A DNA stretch of 64,000 nucleotides from a virus (Duplodnaviria > Caudoviricetes): positions 128,001 to 192,000 of the IMG/VR virus record IMGVR_UViG_3300021255_004000; one strand, written 5' to 3'. Shown here one piece after another: positions 7,274 to 17,938 of this stretch; within the stretch, counting starts at the first letter, position 1, and each line of letters opens with the position of its first letter. The translations under genes and the position numbers were made by a program. Below the pieces are notes generated by a model. That model was not told the DNA's origin, made no database searches, and saw nothing but the letters and a program-made list of their open reading frames with translations.

Positions 7274-9373
7274 TTACATCAATCCCATTTTCTTCATTCT
7301 TTCAAGTTCGAGAGCGTTGATGTCGTCAAGCTCTTCGCTCATTTTCTGCATTCCTGCTTCTTCAAGAATTGTTTTTCTTTCTTTCAAAGAAGAAACACTT
7401 GGGTCGATTGTTGCAGCAGCTGCAGCACCAGCGGATTCATCAATGCGGTTGCGATATTTCATAAATGCAGCAAATGCTTCATTGTATGTTTTTGCACCAC
7501 GGATCTGGCGTTCAAATGGAAGAACAGATTCACCAAACTGAGTTACCAAGTCGTTCCAATAGTTTTCAACATCAAGACCGCGGTTTTCGCGCATATTCAA
7601 ATATTTGCCAACATAATCTTTTTCAGCAGGCTTGAATGAAATCTTTTCCTGATGAGCTTCTTTATATTCCTCAAACTCAACCTTTGCAGCATCAAGCATT
7701 GAAGCAGATTCACGAAGCTTTGTCTGAAGACGGATTGTCTGCTGACGATATTCATCGCGGCTTTCTGTCATTTTCTTTGTTTCAGCCTTAGCAGCTTCAA
7801 CATCAGCCTGGGCAGCAGCAACTGCTTCTTTCAAAGTTTTTACCTGAGCAAGAGCGTGGTTACCGCGTGTATGCAATACACCATTTTCAGATTCAAGTTT
7901 GCGGTTTGCCTTGTTGAGTTTGGCAACCATTTCCTTGAGGTCCTCACATTCTTTATCTTTTGCAGCTTTTTCATCAGCAGCTTTCTTATCTTCGCTTTCA
8001 CGGAGTTTAGCAGCTTCAGCAGCAGCCTTTTCTTTGTTTTCTTTAATTGCAAGTTTTGCTTTCAAAACATTGTTCTCTTTGCTGAGTTCCTGAACTTTTT
8101 CTTCAAGACCTTCACAAAGTGTTTTGTAATCGTCAACCTGTTCAGCAAGCAACTTACCAGTTACAACAGCTTTCTTAGTGTTTTCAGCAAACTCATTTAA
8201 GTCACCAAACTCATTCTGAACCTTTGATGCAGATTCACAAAGAGCAAACAATTCGTCACGTGTTGCAACAAGTTTTTCTTCAACTTTTGCAATAAGTTCT
8301 TCGTCTTTTGACTCACGAACCATTGACAAGAGTTCATTTACTTCAGACAATTTTGAAGCAGGATTAGTTGCTTTGTCTGTGTCGTTCATCATTGATTCTA
8401 CCTGCTTCTCGATAACTTTCTTTGTAAGTTTATCAATAGCGACAGGTCCTACATTAGGCTTTTTGCCTTCGTCCATTTTAACTGCGTCTACTGCGTTCAT
8501 CTGTTTTCCTCTTAAAATATTTGACCTTGGAGCATCTTCTCTCAAGTTTGAAGTTGCTTCAACTGATTCTCTTGTTTGTTTTGTGTATTCAACATTGCCT
8601 GGGTTGTATGACTCGTTAGAAGCATCGCCAAATACAGATTGTGATGGATTAGTAACAATGTCTGCTGGTCTTTCAAGAATGTAAGTCTCAGGATTGATTG
8701 TTTTCTTATCCGAAAGTGTTTCACCGAAACCTGAAGAAGAGAAACCTACGCGGCCACCTGCTTCAATAATTTCCTGTGCCAAACGACCATAAGTACCAAC
8801 GAATGTACCAATAGCCCAAATCAACTTGTTTGCGTCATCAATCATCATATCAAGCCATACGATTGCTGCATTCTTGAATTGGCCTGGGTCACAGTCGTCC
8901 ATAGGATGATCTGCAAGACCATAAGATCCTACCCAGTTGTCTCTCTGATTGTTGATAACATTTTCCCACAATTCCCTTGTGTAAACACGACCATTGCCGT
9001 TTACATTGCCAAATCTTGAAATAGGGAATTTCCAAAGTTTTCTTTCTGTTGATGCGGAACCTTCACGAAGCTTTTTGATAATCTTATCAAACTCTTTCTT
9101 GTCAGATTCAGTTGCGCTTTCACGCATACGAATAGCAGCTTTCAATGCGCCATCATTATCTGATTCTGTAAAATGAGTTGACTTGACTTTCTTTGAAATT
9201 GACTCTCTTAAGCTTGTAGACAAGTCTGATTCAGAAAGTAATTCATATGTTGAGTTTGGCATACGAAGTGCTGACTCAGTCATATGAGGCAATTTACGAC
9301 CGTCTGCCATTTCAATGAAGCGGACTTTTTTGCCTTTCACATCCTCAATCTTGATTTCCATTTTTTCTCCCAT
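7274..9373 (-). CDS. Prohead core protease (T4 gp21-like) fused to coiled-coil scaffold
   Basis: NGNGRVY, GLADHP, VGFSSSGFG, ADIVTNPS; long coiled-coil C-terminal half. Confidence 0.85.
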   Translation of the reverse strand: MGEKMEIKIEDVKGKKVRFIEMADGRKLPHMTESALRMPNSTYELLSESDLSTSLRESISKKVKSTHFTESDNDGALKAAIRMRESATESDKKEFDKIIKKLREGSASTERKLWKFPISRFGNVNGNGRVYTRELWENVINNQRDNWVGSYGLADHPMDDCDPGQFKNAAIVWLDMMIDDANKLIWAIGTFVGTYGRLAQEIIEAGGRVGFSSSGFGETLSDKKTINPETYILERPADIVTNPSQSVFGDASNESYNPGNVEYTKQTRESVEATSNLREDAPRSNILRGKQMNAVDAVKMDEGKKPNVGPVAIDKLTKKVIEKQVESMMNDTDKATNPASKLSEVNELLSMVRESKDEELIAKVEEKLVATRDELFALCESASKVQNEFGDLNEFAENTKKAVVTGKLLAEQVDDYKTLCEGLEEKVQELSKENNVLKAKLAIKENKEKAAAEAAKLRESEDKKAADEKAAKDKECEDLKEMVAKLNKANRKLESENGVLHTRGNHALAQVKTLKEAVAAAQADVEAAKAETKKMTESRDEYRQQTIRLQTKLRESASMLDAAKVEFEEYKEAHQEKISFKPAEKDYVGKYLNMRENRGLDVENYWNDLVTQFGESVLPFERQIRGAKTYNEAFAAFMKYRNRIDESAGAAAAATIDPSVSSLKERKTILEEAGMQKMSEELDDINALELERMKKMGLM

Positions 9374-9405
9374 TTATCGAGACATTTATTGTCTCCACGA
9401 AGTTA

Positions 9406-12400
9406 TTATTTAGTTTGCTTTCCTTTCAACCATTCATTATAATTTATTGTTGCACCACCCTGCAAAGTTTCAGGATCATAATAAACTTTAGTATCGTGCA
9501 ATTCATTATAACCACGCTTTTCAGCAGAATGAATATGAGGGTGTGACCAGAACTTGATAATGACATCCTTATCATAGTTCTTTCGATAAACATCCAAATA
9601 AGCAGGTCGTCTGATATGCTGATATTCAACAAATCCTGAGTGGTCAACTTCACACCAATGATCATCAACTATCCAGTATGAAATCTTTTCATTACCTGCA
9701 GAGCCATTTGTAAAGAATCCAAGTTGAGCTAAGTGAAAATCTGAACTTATTGAAATAGGTAACCAAATTACATTGTCTTTTTTAAGTGAACATCTATCAA
9801 ACATTCCTGTATGTTTTTCAGATGTAAATGTATCAATGTCAAGGAATGAATACTGCATTGTTGTTAAGTTGTTACAGCTGCTAAATATCCAAGAGTTGTT
9901 AGCATTAGGATTAAACTTCAAATTGCTTATCTTTGTTATTGGATTTTCTGTAAACATTTGGTCTGCATCATAAAGGTCTCTTGGGAATGACCAACCTTCT
10001 TTTGTTGTTTCATTTACCCAGTCATCTTCAAAAGTTCCCATTCCATTTTCATCTTGGTTACGATATGTTGTATATGAGTTTGGCGGAACCCAATTACCGC
10101 TTATCTCGGTGATACCACATTTTGCAAACATTCTTCTTGTAACTTGTAATGTTTCAGGAATCTCTGTTGCTTTTGTAAAATAGTCAGTTCTTATTCCTGT
10201 ACATCCTTCAAACATTGAAGTTGCGTCAATTAAAGCAGGCATTTCTTTAATGTTGAAGTCAGTAATGTTTTCACAGTTTTCAAACATATGCATTGCAGTA
10301 TAACAGCTGTTTGAGATAACATATGCATTTGTCAATGAATGACAATTCTTGAATGCATAATCTGCAATTTCAACGTTATTGAGGTTAGGACTAACCTCAA
10401 TAATATTACTACATCCTTCAAATGCTGATGTGATATCTTGAATGTTTTTGATTTCACCTACACAGTGCAAGTTTTCAATACCCTTAAACATTCCTTCTAT
10501 TGAGATGCTTTTATTCGTTGTGTTTTCGACTTTTCTTAAATGAAGAATAAGATTGTCAAACGCATTTGCTTCAACGGCTTTTCTGAAAGATGTATCATAA
10601 TTGTAATTTGTCTGTCTTTCATCACCAGATGTGTAAACATCAATGTTGAAGTTTGCTTTATTGTTTTCAGTGATTGAGAAAAGAGCACAGTCATAATCAC
10701 TTTTTATTTGTGCAAATACAGAATACCACTTCCAGAAGTCTTCTTCAGGAACGATTATATTTAGATGTTTATTAAAGTGATCATCTTGTCCGCTTTCTTT
10801 TTCATATATAGGTGAAAGTCCAAACTTCTGACTAAGTCCCCAACTTGCTTTATGAACAAGTCCTCTGTCTTCGTCAAACTGAGCAGTAAGTGTTGAATAG
10901 CTGCTACCACTTGCAGTGCCTTCATATCCACATCCGCTGCTAAGGCCTTTCTTACCAATGAATGTATGAGCAATTCTTGCTGATGTCCAAGTACTTCCAC
11001 TACCGCCACAACTGTTGATACTGTTTCTTGCAGAAGATGTTACAGATGTTGCATCATATGTAATAGAAACGATAATGTCATTTGAACCTGCAGCATTGAT
11101 AGCTGCTGCCCAAACTGCATCAGCAGAGTCAGGAGTTCCATAAGTATCGCCGCTTCCTTCATATTTGAACTGCATTGTCTTACAGTCAATAACACCAATG
11201 AAGTGGCCACGACTTCCCCAGCTTTTTACAGCTTTATCATCGATATAAATATATGCAGCATCAAATGACTCATCAAACTGTCTTGAAACAAGTTTGATGG
11301 TATGAACAGTTTTTGAATACTCCAAATATTTTGAATATCCATTATTTACAGCTGAATCACCAGCAAAATAATAGCAAGTCAACGGTTGTCTTGAAACATC
11401 ATAAGTTGATGCAACTTTTTGAATAAGAATTGCAGGATCCCAGTTACAAGCAAACTGATCTTCAGCTGACATAAACTGTTCAGGGATTGTTCCACTATGA
11501 TAAGAACCAACAAAAGCTGAGCGGAAATCATATTCACCTGCAACCCACTTATCATAAGTATCATTGAAGAATGTTCTAAGTTTGTCTTCATCAAGAGACC
11601 ACCGATATCTTATTTCACAGCCTCTGAACATATCTCTTGCAGATGTAAGTCCACTTGTTGTAAACTTGCCAACTTTTACACTAGTTGAAACAGAGTTTCT
11701 AAATGCTTCTGTCCAATCACCAGAAATGTTGACAAGTTCAAGAGAACTTATCTTTCCTGATATGTTCTTAAAAGCTCTTTTACCCCAAGTTGCATCTTTA
11801 ATGCGAACTTGTGTAACGCTTGCTCCAGCAAAGTCTGCATTGATAGGTGAGTCTTTCATATCTGCATTAAAGCATTTAACATAAGATGCATTAAGATTTG
11901 TTAAGTTGTCAGCGTGAACCCACAAATCAACATAAAGTTTTGAATTGCTTAATTCTGTATAAAATTGATTTGTTCTTTCAAGGTCTCCAGCATCATCAAT
12001 AATTGCAATAGGCAAAGCATAATCAGTCAATGAATTGTCGTCAACCCATAAGCGAGCTTCAGCAAGAATAAGTTTGCAATACTCTTTCCAAGATAATGTA
12101 TGATTGAAAGCAACAGGCACAGTTTCACCACTGAATGAAATTGTACATTGTCCACCTGGGGTGTCCCAGTTTCTTTCAACATAAACATATTCATCTTTAT
12201 TACCTACAGAGCAGCTGTAAGTGCTATAACGAATAAGTACAACATCCCCAACGGAGAGACTTAATGAGCCATTTGATGATGCATTATCATTATCAGCTCT
12301 AACTTTTCTTTCACCATTTACAAATATGTTAAGGATTCCGTCATCACTTGCAGATGTTGTGCCGCTTCTTACATCATTATAAGACCATTCCAATGATCCT

Positions 12401-14109
12401 GATTCTGAAACGATGAATGCCATATCATAAGCAGGAGTGTCTGTGCTATTATAATAATCTTTATATACGGTGAATCCTGTCTCATCTTTGTCACCTGTAA
12501 GATAACACTTGTCAACTACTTCATCATCATAATCAAGTTCATAATAAGAGTTTTGTGTAAATGTACCGCTAGCGCTTACAGTAATAAGGTCACCTGCAGA
12601 AACATCTATACTTGTTGTATAAGACTTTGTTTCGCCGTTATTTGAATATGATACAACTTGCGTACCATTTTTTGCAATAGTGATAGTTGGACTTATAGTT
12701 TGATAGTTATCATAACTGTTGAAGTAAGCAGATAATGACTGAAGTGCGCATTTAACAGAGATAGTTCCATCTTTTGTTACAACAAAATGTCCACTTTTTC
12801 TATGTTGTTCATTTGGGCTAATAAATGCAGAGCTTGAACTGTAACTTGGAGTATGTACAGTTGTTCCTTTGTAAGGGAGTCCATTTATTTTTGGTAAAGT
12901 TGATTTACCGCTTGTTGCATTAGTTAAGTTGTAGCCGCTGCGTGTTCTTGTTTGAGTGCAGCTTAATGTAACAATGTCACCAAGATTGTCTACACTAGAA
13001 GTACCAACAGTTTTAGTTGTACCGCCTCCAGTGTTCATATTTGTACTCCAACTTGTTATTCCGTTTTTGCAGCAGTAATTCATTACCCAATCGACTTCAT
13101 CTTCAAGATATGTTTTAGGAGCAGTTCCATCAAAATATGGACGGTAATAAAAAATTATTTCTGAACCAACTGCAACATCAGACCACATTACATCAAAAGT
13201 CAGGTCAGACCCCGCTGTTTCAGAAACAAAACTTGTTGCAAGAACTCCGCCAACATAAGCAGCATAATATGTTTTTGTTGTGCTGCTAGTAGAATACTGC
13301 ATTTTTAAGCTGCCACTTTCACTAGATGTTCTTAAGCATCTCCAAAGTTGAATGAAAGGATTGTTTTGTGCTGAGCTAATAGAATTGCCCCAGCCATTAC
13401 TCTTTGTCCAAGCTTTGTTATAATATGATATGTGAGTTTCTTCTTCCAAAGCATCATACACTCCAGTTGCTGTAAATCCGTCGTTTATCACATTGCCATC
13501 TGGCTCGCGATCTTCCCAACTTACAACCTTAAATTCAATTTTGTCACCTTTCTCATAAGATGTTGACAATGTAGAAGCTTTATTATCACTATCATTTTCA
13601 GCTTCAACTTCATCATTTTTCAAAAGAAACGCATATGTATCATTTACAGATCTATCATCATAAAATGAAACACTTATATTACCATCACAGTTTGCTATAA
13701 ATGAAAAGTTTCCAAAAGCAGCTTTTTTAACTTTTTTATATGTTGTTTCAACTTTTTTATAAAGTCTCTGTGTTGCTGTAAAATCCTTTGATAAAGTCAC
13801 TGGGCCTGAAATGCTTTTATAAAATTCTATATTATCAGGAAGTGAGCCTTGCGCTTGAGAAAGAGATGGCATATCAGCAGATGTTTTCAAAATAAAGCCA
13901 TTAAACTTCTTGTCAAATCCAAAGTCTTCATCGGTTGAAAAGTATCCATCAAGATCAATACTTTGCTGCCACTTTTGAGATGCGGGACCAACCCACACCA
14001 TATTCTTACAAAGTCTCCAGCTATCTTGATTATAATAAAGATTGCCATCATAAGTAGAAAGATGACCTGTGCTATTTGCGTTTATGTCGTCTGAAATTAA
14101 CCAACTCAT
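9406..14109 (-). CDS. Large virion surface / receptor-binding protein (beta-rich, ILEI/GG-lectin-like domain, BspA/DUF285-like LRRs)
   Basis: S/T/G-rich beta repeats; RGHFIGVID...IVSITYDA...RIAHTFIGKKG; repeated (A/M)FxxCxxI. Confidence 0.6.
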   Translation of the reverse strand: MSWLISDDINANSTGHLSTYDGNLYYNQDSWRLCKNMVWVGPASQKWQQSIDLDGYFSTDEDFGFDKKFNGFILKTSADMPSLSQAQGSLPDNIEFYKSISGPVTLSKDFTATQRLYKKVETTYKKVKKAAFGNFSFIANCDGNISVSFYDDRSVNDTYAFLLKNDEVEAENDSDNKASTLSTSYEKGDKIEFKVVSWEDREPDGNVINDGFTATGVYDALEEETHISYYNKAWTKSNGWGNSISSAQNNPFIQLWRCLRTSSESGSLKMQYSTSSTTKTYYAAYVGGVLATSFVSETAGSDLTFDVMWSDVAVGSEIIFYYRPYFDGTAPKTYLEDEVDWVMNYCCKNGITSWSTNMNTGGGTTKTVGTSSVDNLGDIVTLSCTQTRTRSGYNLTNATSGKSTLPKINGLPYKGTTVHTPSYSSSSAFISPNEQHRKSGHFVVTKDGTISVKCALQSLSAYFNSYDNYQTISPTITIAKNGTQVVSYSNNGETKSYTTSIDVSAGDLITVSASGTFTQNSYYELDYDDEVVDKCYLTGDKDETGFTVYKDYYNSTDTPAYDMAFIVSESGSLEWSYNDVRSGTTSASDDGILNIFVNGERKVRADNDNASSNGSLSLSVGDVVLIRYSTYSCSVGNKDEYVYVERNWDTPGGQCTISFSGETVPVAFNHTLSWKEYCKLILAEARLWVDDNSLTDYALPIAIIDDAGDLERTNQFYTELSNSKLYVDLWVHADNLTNLNASYVKCFNADMKDSPINADFAGASVTQVRIKDATWGKRAFKNISGKISSLELVNISGDWTEAFRNSVSTSVKVGKFTTSGLTSARDMFRGCEIRYRWSLDEDKLRTFFNDTYDKWVAGEYDFRSAFVGSYHSGTIPEQFMSAEDQFACNWDPAILIQKVASTYDVSRQPLTCYYFAGDSAVNNGYSKYLEYSKTVHTIKLVSRQFDESFDAAYIYIDDKAVKSWGSRGHFIGVIDCKTMQFKYEGSGDTYGTPDSADAVWAAAINAAGSNDIIVSITYDATSVTSSARNSINSCGGSGSTWTSARIAHTFIGKKGLSSGCGYEGTASGSSYSTLTAQFDEDRGLVHKASWGLSQKFGLSPIYEKESGQDDHFNKHLNIIVPEEDFWKWYSVFAQIKSDYDCALFSITENNKANFNIDVYTSGDERQTNYNYDTSFRKAVEANAFDNLILHLRKVENTTNKSISIEGMFKGIENLHCVGEIKNIQDITSAFEGCSNIIEVSPNLNNVEIADYAFKNCHSLTNAYVISNSCYTAMHMFENCENITDFNIKEMPALIDATSMFEGCTGIRTDYFTKATEIPETLQVTRRMFAKCGITEISGNWVPPNSYTTYRNQDENGMGTFEDDWVNETTKEGWSFPRDLYDADQMFTENPITKISNLKFNPNANNSWIFSSCNNLTTMQYSFLDIDTFTSEKHTGMFDRCSLKKDNVIWLPISISSDFHLAQLGFFTNGSAGNEKISYWIVDDHWCEVDHSGFVEYQHIRRPAYLDVYRKNYDKDVIIKFWSHPHIHSAEKRGYNELHDTKVYYDPETLQGGATINYNEWLKGKQTK

Positions 14110-14170
14110 ATCAATTAGTCAAATGGTATGACTAATGCATTGACTAAATAATCTAAGGAGAATTATTTGT

Positions 14171-15148
14171 ATGTTGGATCTTCCAGTGTGGCTTATAGCT
14201 TGCGTGCTTGGCGTAGGATGCATTATTATAACTATCTTACTTTACATTCTTATTAAGACAAATGGAAAGTCAGATGTGTATATCAACAAAAATGGTGTTG
14301 TTGTAAAAGCAGCATCACCAAAAAACATTACAACCAAACAGTTTATCAACTTTATGAAAGAGATAATTTCATATGTTGAAGACTCAAAAGAAAATTATGT
14401 AGATGATGTAATTGGAATTAAAAATCTTTACTTCAAACAGTCAAAAGACTTTGCAAAGTCAAGAATTATTGAAGTTCAGAATGCTATCATTGAAGAATAT
14501 AAAATGGAATATATGAAGAAGTATTCAGGCCGTCTCCACCCGTCATTGACAAAAGATGGAAATGGAAAAGAATTGATTATTGACGCAACAGTACTTCTTC
14601 CTACTGCTAATCAACTTGATGATGATAAGACTGAAGAAGGAGAAACTAAACCAGTTTCTCCTTGCCATCGTCTTTGTGCAAGTGGTTGCAATTCAGGATT
14701 GTCTTTCTTTGAGTCGCACTTGCAGAAAGATTTCAAACCCATCTTGGAGGAAGTATTTAGAATCATCGAAGAAAACCACTTGGTAAACCGTCTTGACCGT
14801 GAATATGAGGAAGAGATTGTTACAAAGGCTGGTCAGTTGTCTTCTTACTTAAAGAATTGTGTAATTTCTTATCCTGTACCTATTGATAACGAAATTGCTA
14901 AAGAGGTTATTTATCGAAAAACACCAAATGTTCAAGATGCTATCGAAGATTCATTAAGAAGATCAAGAACATTATCAAAAGAAAAACGCGAACATATCCA
15001 AGCAGAAAAAGAAAAGTATTACAGAAAAAGAGATACAAAAATCTCTCAAATTGTAAACATTTTGAATGACAGCGATCTTGAAGCAATTTTACGCCGTACA
15101 GACCGCCGCATTACTGATGGCAGTAATGATATGTTACCATTAAGTTAA
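14171..15148 (+). CDS. Single N-terminal TM helical protein
   Basis: TM at residues ~5-28; ACTAAAT and SD upstream. Confidence 0.65.
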   Translation: MLDLPVWLIACVLGVGCIIITILLYILIKTNGKSDVYINKNGVVVKAASPKNITTKQFINFMKEIISYVEDSKENYVDDVIGIKNLYFKQSKDFAKSRIIEVQNAIIEEYKMEYMKKYSGRLHPSLTKDGNGKELIIDATVLLPTANQLDDDKTEEGETKPVSPCHRLCASGCNSGLSFFESHLQKDFKPILEEVFRIIEENHLVNRLDREYEEEIVTKAGQLSSYLKNCVISYPVPIDNEIAKEVIYRKTPNVQDAIEDSLRRSRTLSKEKREHIQAEKEKYYRKRDTKISQIVNILNDSDLEAILRRTDRRITDGSNDMLPLS

Positions 15149-16783
15149 TGTAACACCTTTGAGGCGTGCAAGAAACTGTTTTGGCAACCACTTCTTATAC
15201 TTATTTATCCAATAATTAAATGATGAGTCAAGTACAAAAGTTGCAGAATGGTCATCAGCTGAACGAGTTGAACGACCACACGCCTGAACCAAAGTTTTCA
15301 ACATTTGACAAGCATACCAGTCGGAAGATAATTCCGACTTTCTTTTTATACGCGGATCTGCCAAAGAACTGAAAGGCATCTTTACAACAATTTGAAATCT
15401 TGACAAGTCATCTTTCAAGTCAACACCAGTTGTCATTGAAGGAGAAAGCAAAACTGTGTCTTTTGAGCGTTCGTGAATTTTCAGTAAGTTTTGATTTGTT
15501 ATCTCATTGTTGTCTTTATCTCTTACAAGCAACCGATTGTGGTCTTCTCTGTCGATATGTTCAAAGTCATTCCAAATTGCTTCTGCAATACGATAATTTC
15601 CTGTGTGAATAATTCCTTTTTCATTCTGTTTCTTATCAAGGATTTTTCCGATTGCAGCACAAGCTTTAGGTAATGTTTCTTCAATGTTTTGATAATTCAT
15701 TGAACCACAAGGCATATAATAAATCGGAGACTTTGCAGGGTCAAAAGATGACTCCATCTTAATTACAAGACAGTCATCTTTGTTGATGCCTAAGTCTTTA
15801 ATGAATCCGTCAATGTCAAGAATTGTTGCTGACATAAACAAAAACTTTTCAGCCCAAGTGTTACAGAACTGATGAAACAAAGAATCAACGAAAAGTGGTG
15901 TAAATGACAATGAACCATCAGTTGCATTAGGCGCGATTATCCAATTGTCTTTTCTTTGACTTACAAAGACATCCATCTTTTTGTAAAGTTTATCAATTTT
16001 GTAATAAAGCTTATGTGTTTTGCCCAATGACTCAAGTGTATCTTCATCGAGATTTTCAGCATCTTCGCCTTCCATCTCTTCTTCCATCATTGTATGCAAT
16101 TCATCGCGTTTGCACTGAATAAGATTAAGAAACTTTGTAAAGCGTTCTTTATTTGCTTCCCATCCTTCTTCTGTAAACTTTGCTAAATAGTCTTTTCTGT
16201 CTTCACAAAGGTCGAACAATCCATAAGTTCGGTCAAGTTCTTCAGGGTTGATTTCAAATGAAGCAAAGTTGACAAGTTGGTCTTCAAGCAAATGACATTC
16301 ATCAAAAGCCATCAACTGACGAGGCTTCCAAAAACCTGCACAGTCAAAGGCGCGGAAAATATATGCATAGGATGTCAAAACTGTATGAGATGCAAGTGCG
16401 CGTTTTCTTAAAGTGTAATACTTGCAAGTTGCCATACAAGGTGGGAGATGAGTTGCTTTCTTCAAAGTACAAGGACCATTTTCACAGTTCAAACGGACAT
16501 TCTTGTTGCATTCATAATTTGCTTTACCTTTAATTGAAACAAACTCTTTGTCTTTTCCGAAGTCGTGAACATATTGTTCCTGAAGTTGTTTCGTTTCTGT
16601 AATGATGAAAGCGTCCTTGCTCCAATTAGCAACTGATTTTGCAATACCTGACTTTCCTGTACCTACATCAAGTTGCAAAATGAAATACTTCTTATCATTC
16701 CAGTGCGAGGCAATTTCTTTAAGTACAGTTTCCTGCTCTGGGCGAATTTGGTCATAAGGAAAATATTTCTTGTAATCTATCAT
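15140..16783 (-). CDS. DinG/Rad3-family SF2 helicase
   Basis: GTGKS, KGKANYEC with Cys cluster, DECH, MSAT, GVDL, QACGRSTR. Confidence 0.9.
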   Translation of the reverse strand: MIDYKKYFPYDQIRPEQETVLKEIASHWNDKKYFILQLDVGTGKSGIAKSVANWSKDAFIITETKQLQEQYVHDFGKDKEFVSIKGKANYECNKNVRLNCENGPCTLKKATHLPPCMATCKYYTLRKRALASHTVLTSYAYIFRAFDCAGFWKPRQLMAFDECHLLEDQLVNFASFEINPEELDRTYGLFDLCEDRKDYLAKFTEEGWEANKERFTKFLNLIQCKRDELHTMMEEEMEGEDAENLDEDTLESLGKTHKLYYKIDKLYKKMDVFVSQRKDNWIIAPNATDGSLSFTPLFVDSLFHQFCNTWAEKFLFMSATILDIDGFIKDLGINKDDCLVIKMESSFDPAKSPIYYMPCGSMNYQNIEETLPKACAAIGKILDKKQNEKGIIHTGNYRIAEAIWNDFEHIDREDHNRLLVRDKDNNEITNQNLLKIHERSKDTVLLSPSMTTGVDLKDDLSRFQIVVKMPFSSLADPRIKRKSELSSDWYACQMLKTLVQACGRSTRSADDHSATFVLDSSFNYWINKYKKWLPKQFLARLKGVTLT

Positions 16784-16877
16784 AATTACAATATTAACAG
16801 TACTGCAATACAGAAAAGCAGTTTTGCGGGAAAGATGACATATTTTATTGCTCGATAAAGAGCATAGTTGTTTATAT

Positions 16878-17633
16878 TCAAATAGGCCATAATGAATCCT
16901 TGTTGTTGCGAATGTCTTCCATTCTTTGTTTCAAAATCTTAGGTGTACCAATTCTGAAGATTCCGTCAAACTTCGACCAATAACGGTCCTTCAAATAGTA
17001 CTCAAGTTGAGCCTCTGAGAAAACCCAAACATTCTTAATTGAACAGCCATAAAATGATGATGTGGAAAGTTTTGGCGGCAAGAATCTTTCGCAAACGATA
17101 TCACTAAGATAAATGCAGCCTTCAAAAGCTTTCTTTCCTATTGTTGCTAAAGACACAGGAATGTCGAGAACTTTAATTCCTGAGGACTGAAAAGCTTCTT
17201 CTTCGATTGTTTCAACTTTATTAAGATTAAGATTTCTCAGTTTAAGACAAGCTTGAAAGCACCTTGGAGGAATGTTTTCAATGTTAGGCGGCAAGTCGAT
17301 TTGTTGCAATCCTGAATAAGAAAACGCATCAGGATATAAGTTGTTTATTGTTGTAAAGTTAAAGTCTTTTAATGACTCACAGAAAGTAAATGCAGCAGGA
17401 CCAATGATCTTTGGAAGTCCATCGAATCTTTCAAGTTCCCAACAGTTTGCAAAAGCGCGTTCACCTATCGTTTCTGTCTGTGGACCACTTAAGACAAAAT
17501 GAAGTTTCTCTGCTCCTTCAAAAAGCTGAGGTTTTATGTTATCATTAAAGTCCATAAGGTTTGCCATATATGGACGATTCTGTCTGAGACATTTCTTTAT
17601 GTCGCGTTCGTTCTTACAGTTGATAATTTTCAT
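16878..17633 (-). CDS. BspA-type leucine-rich repeat protein
   Basis: Repeated TIGxxAFxxCxxL. Confidence 0.85.
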   Translation of the reverse strand: MKIINCKNERDIKKCLRQNRPYMANLMDFNDNIKPQLFEGAEKLHFVLSGPQTETIGERAFANCWELERFDGLPKIIGPAAFTFCESLKDFNFTTINNLYPDAFSYSGLQQIDLPPNIENIPPRCFQACLKLRNLNLNKVETIEEEAFQSSGIKVLDIPVSLATIGKKAFEGCIYLSDIVCERFLPPKLSTSSFYGCSIKNVWVFSEAQLEYYLKDRYWSKFDGIFRIGTPKILKQRMEDIRNNKDSLWPI

Positions 17634-17890
17634 TAAGCCTTCCGCAACATTGTTTCAAGATCTGTGCTGAAACCATTGTCAGCAAGTAACGCATTGATAG
17701 CCTTGAGGTTATCATCTCCATCAACTTCTGCTTCCACCATAAGAATCGTGCCCTTATTGTTGTAATAGCTTACTTTGATGTTTGTGGCGAGATGATCTGC
17801 AGCTGCGAGAGCAAGACTCTCGTTCTCTGTCAGAAAACCCCTTCTTTCAGTGGCGTCAGGAGTTCTCTTGTAGTATTTTGTCTGTATCAT
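17633..17890 (-). CDS. Hypothetical early protein (start reassigned)
   Basis: SD GGAGG before ATG 17890. Confidence 0.6.
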   Translation of the reverse strand: MIQTKYYKRTPDATERRGFLTENESLALAAADHLATNIKVSYYNNKGTILMVEAEVDGDDNLKAINALLADNGFSTDLETMLRKA

Positions 17891-17909
17891 ACCCAGTTCC
17901 TCCATAAAT

Positions 17910-17938
17910 AATATAAAAGACTTTTCTTAAAAGTTCAA
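17910..17938 (-). promoter_or_regulatory. Class I promoter
   Basis: TTGAAC-17-TATATT. Confidence 0.85.

Noticed and set aside
7247-9176. Numerous plus-strand ORFs antisense to the protease and other long genes
   Set aside because: Ser/Phe/Leu-rich antisense shadows without SD or promoter motifs
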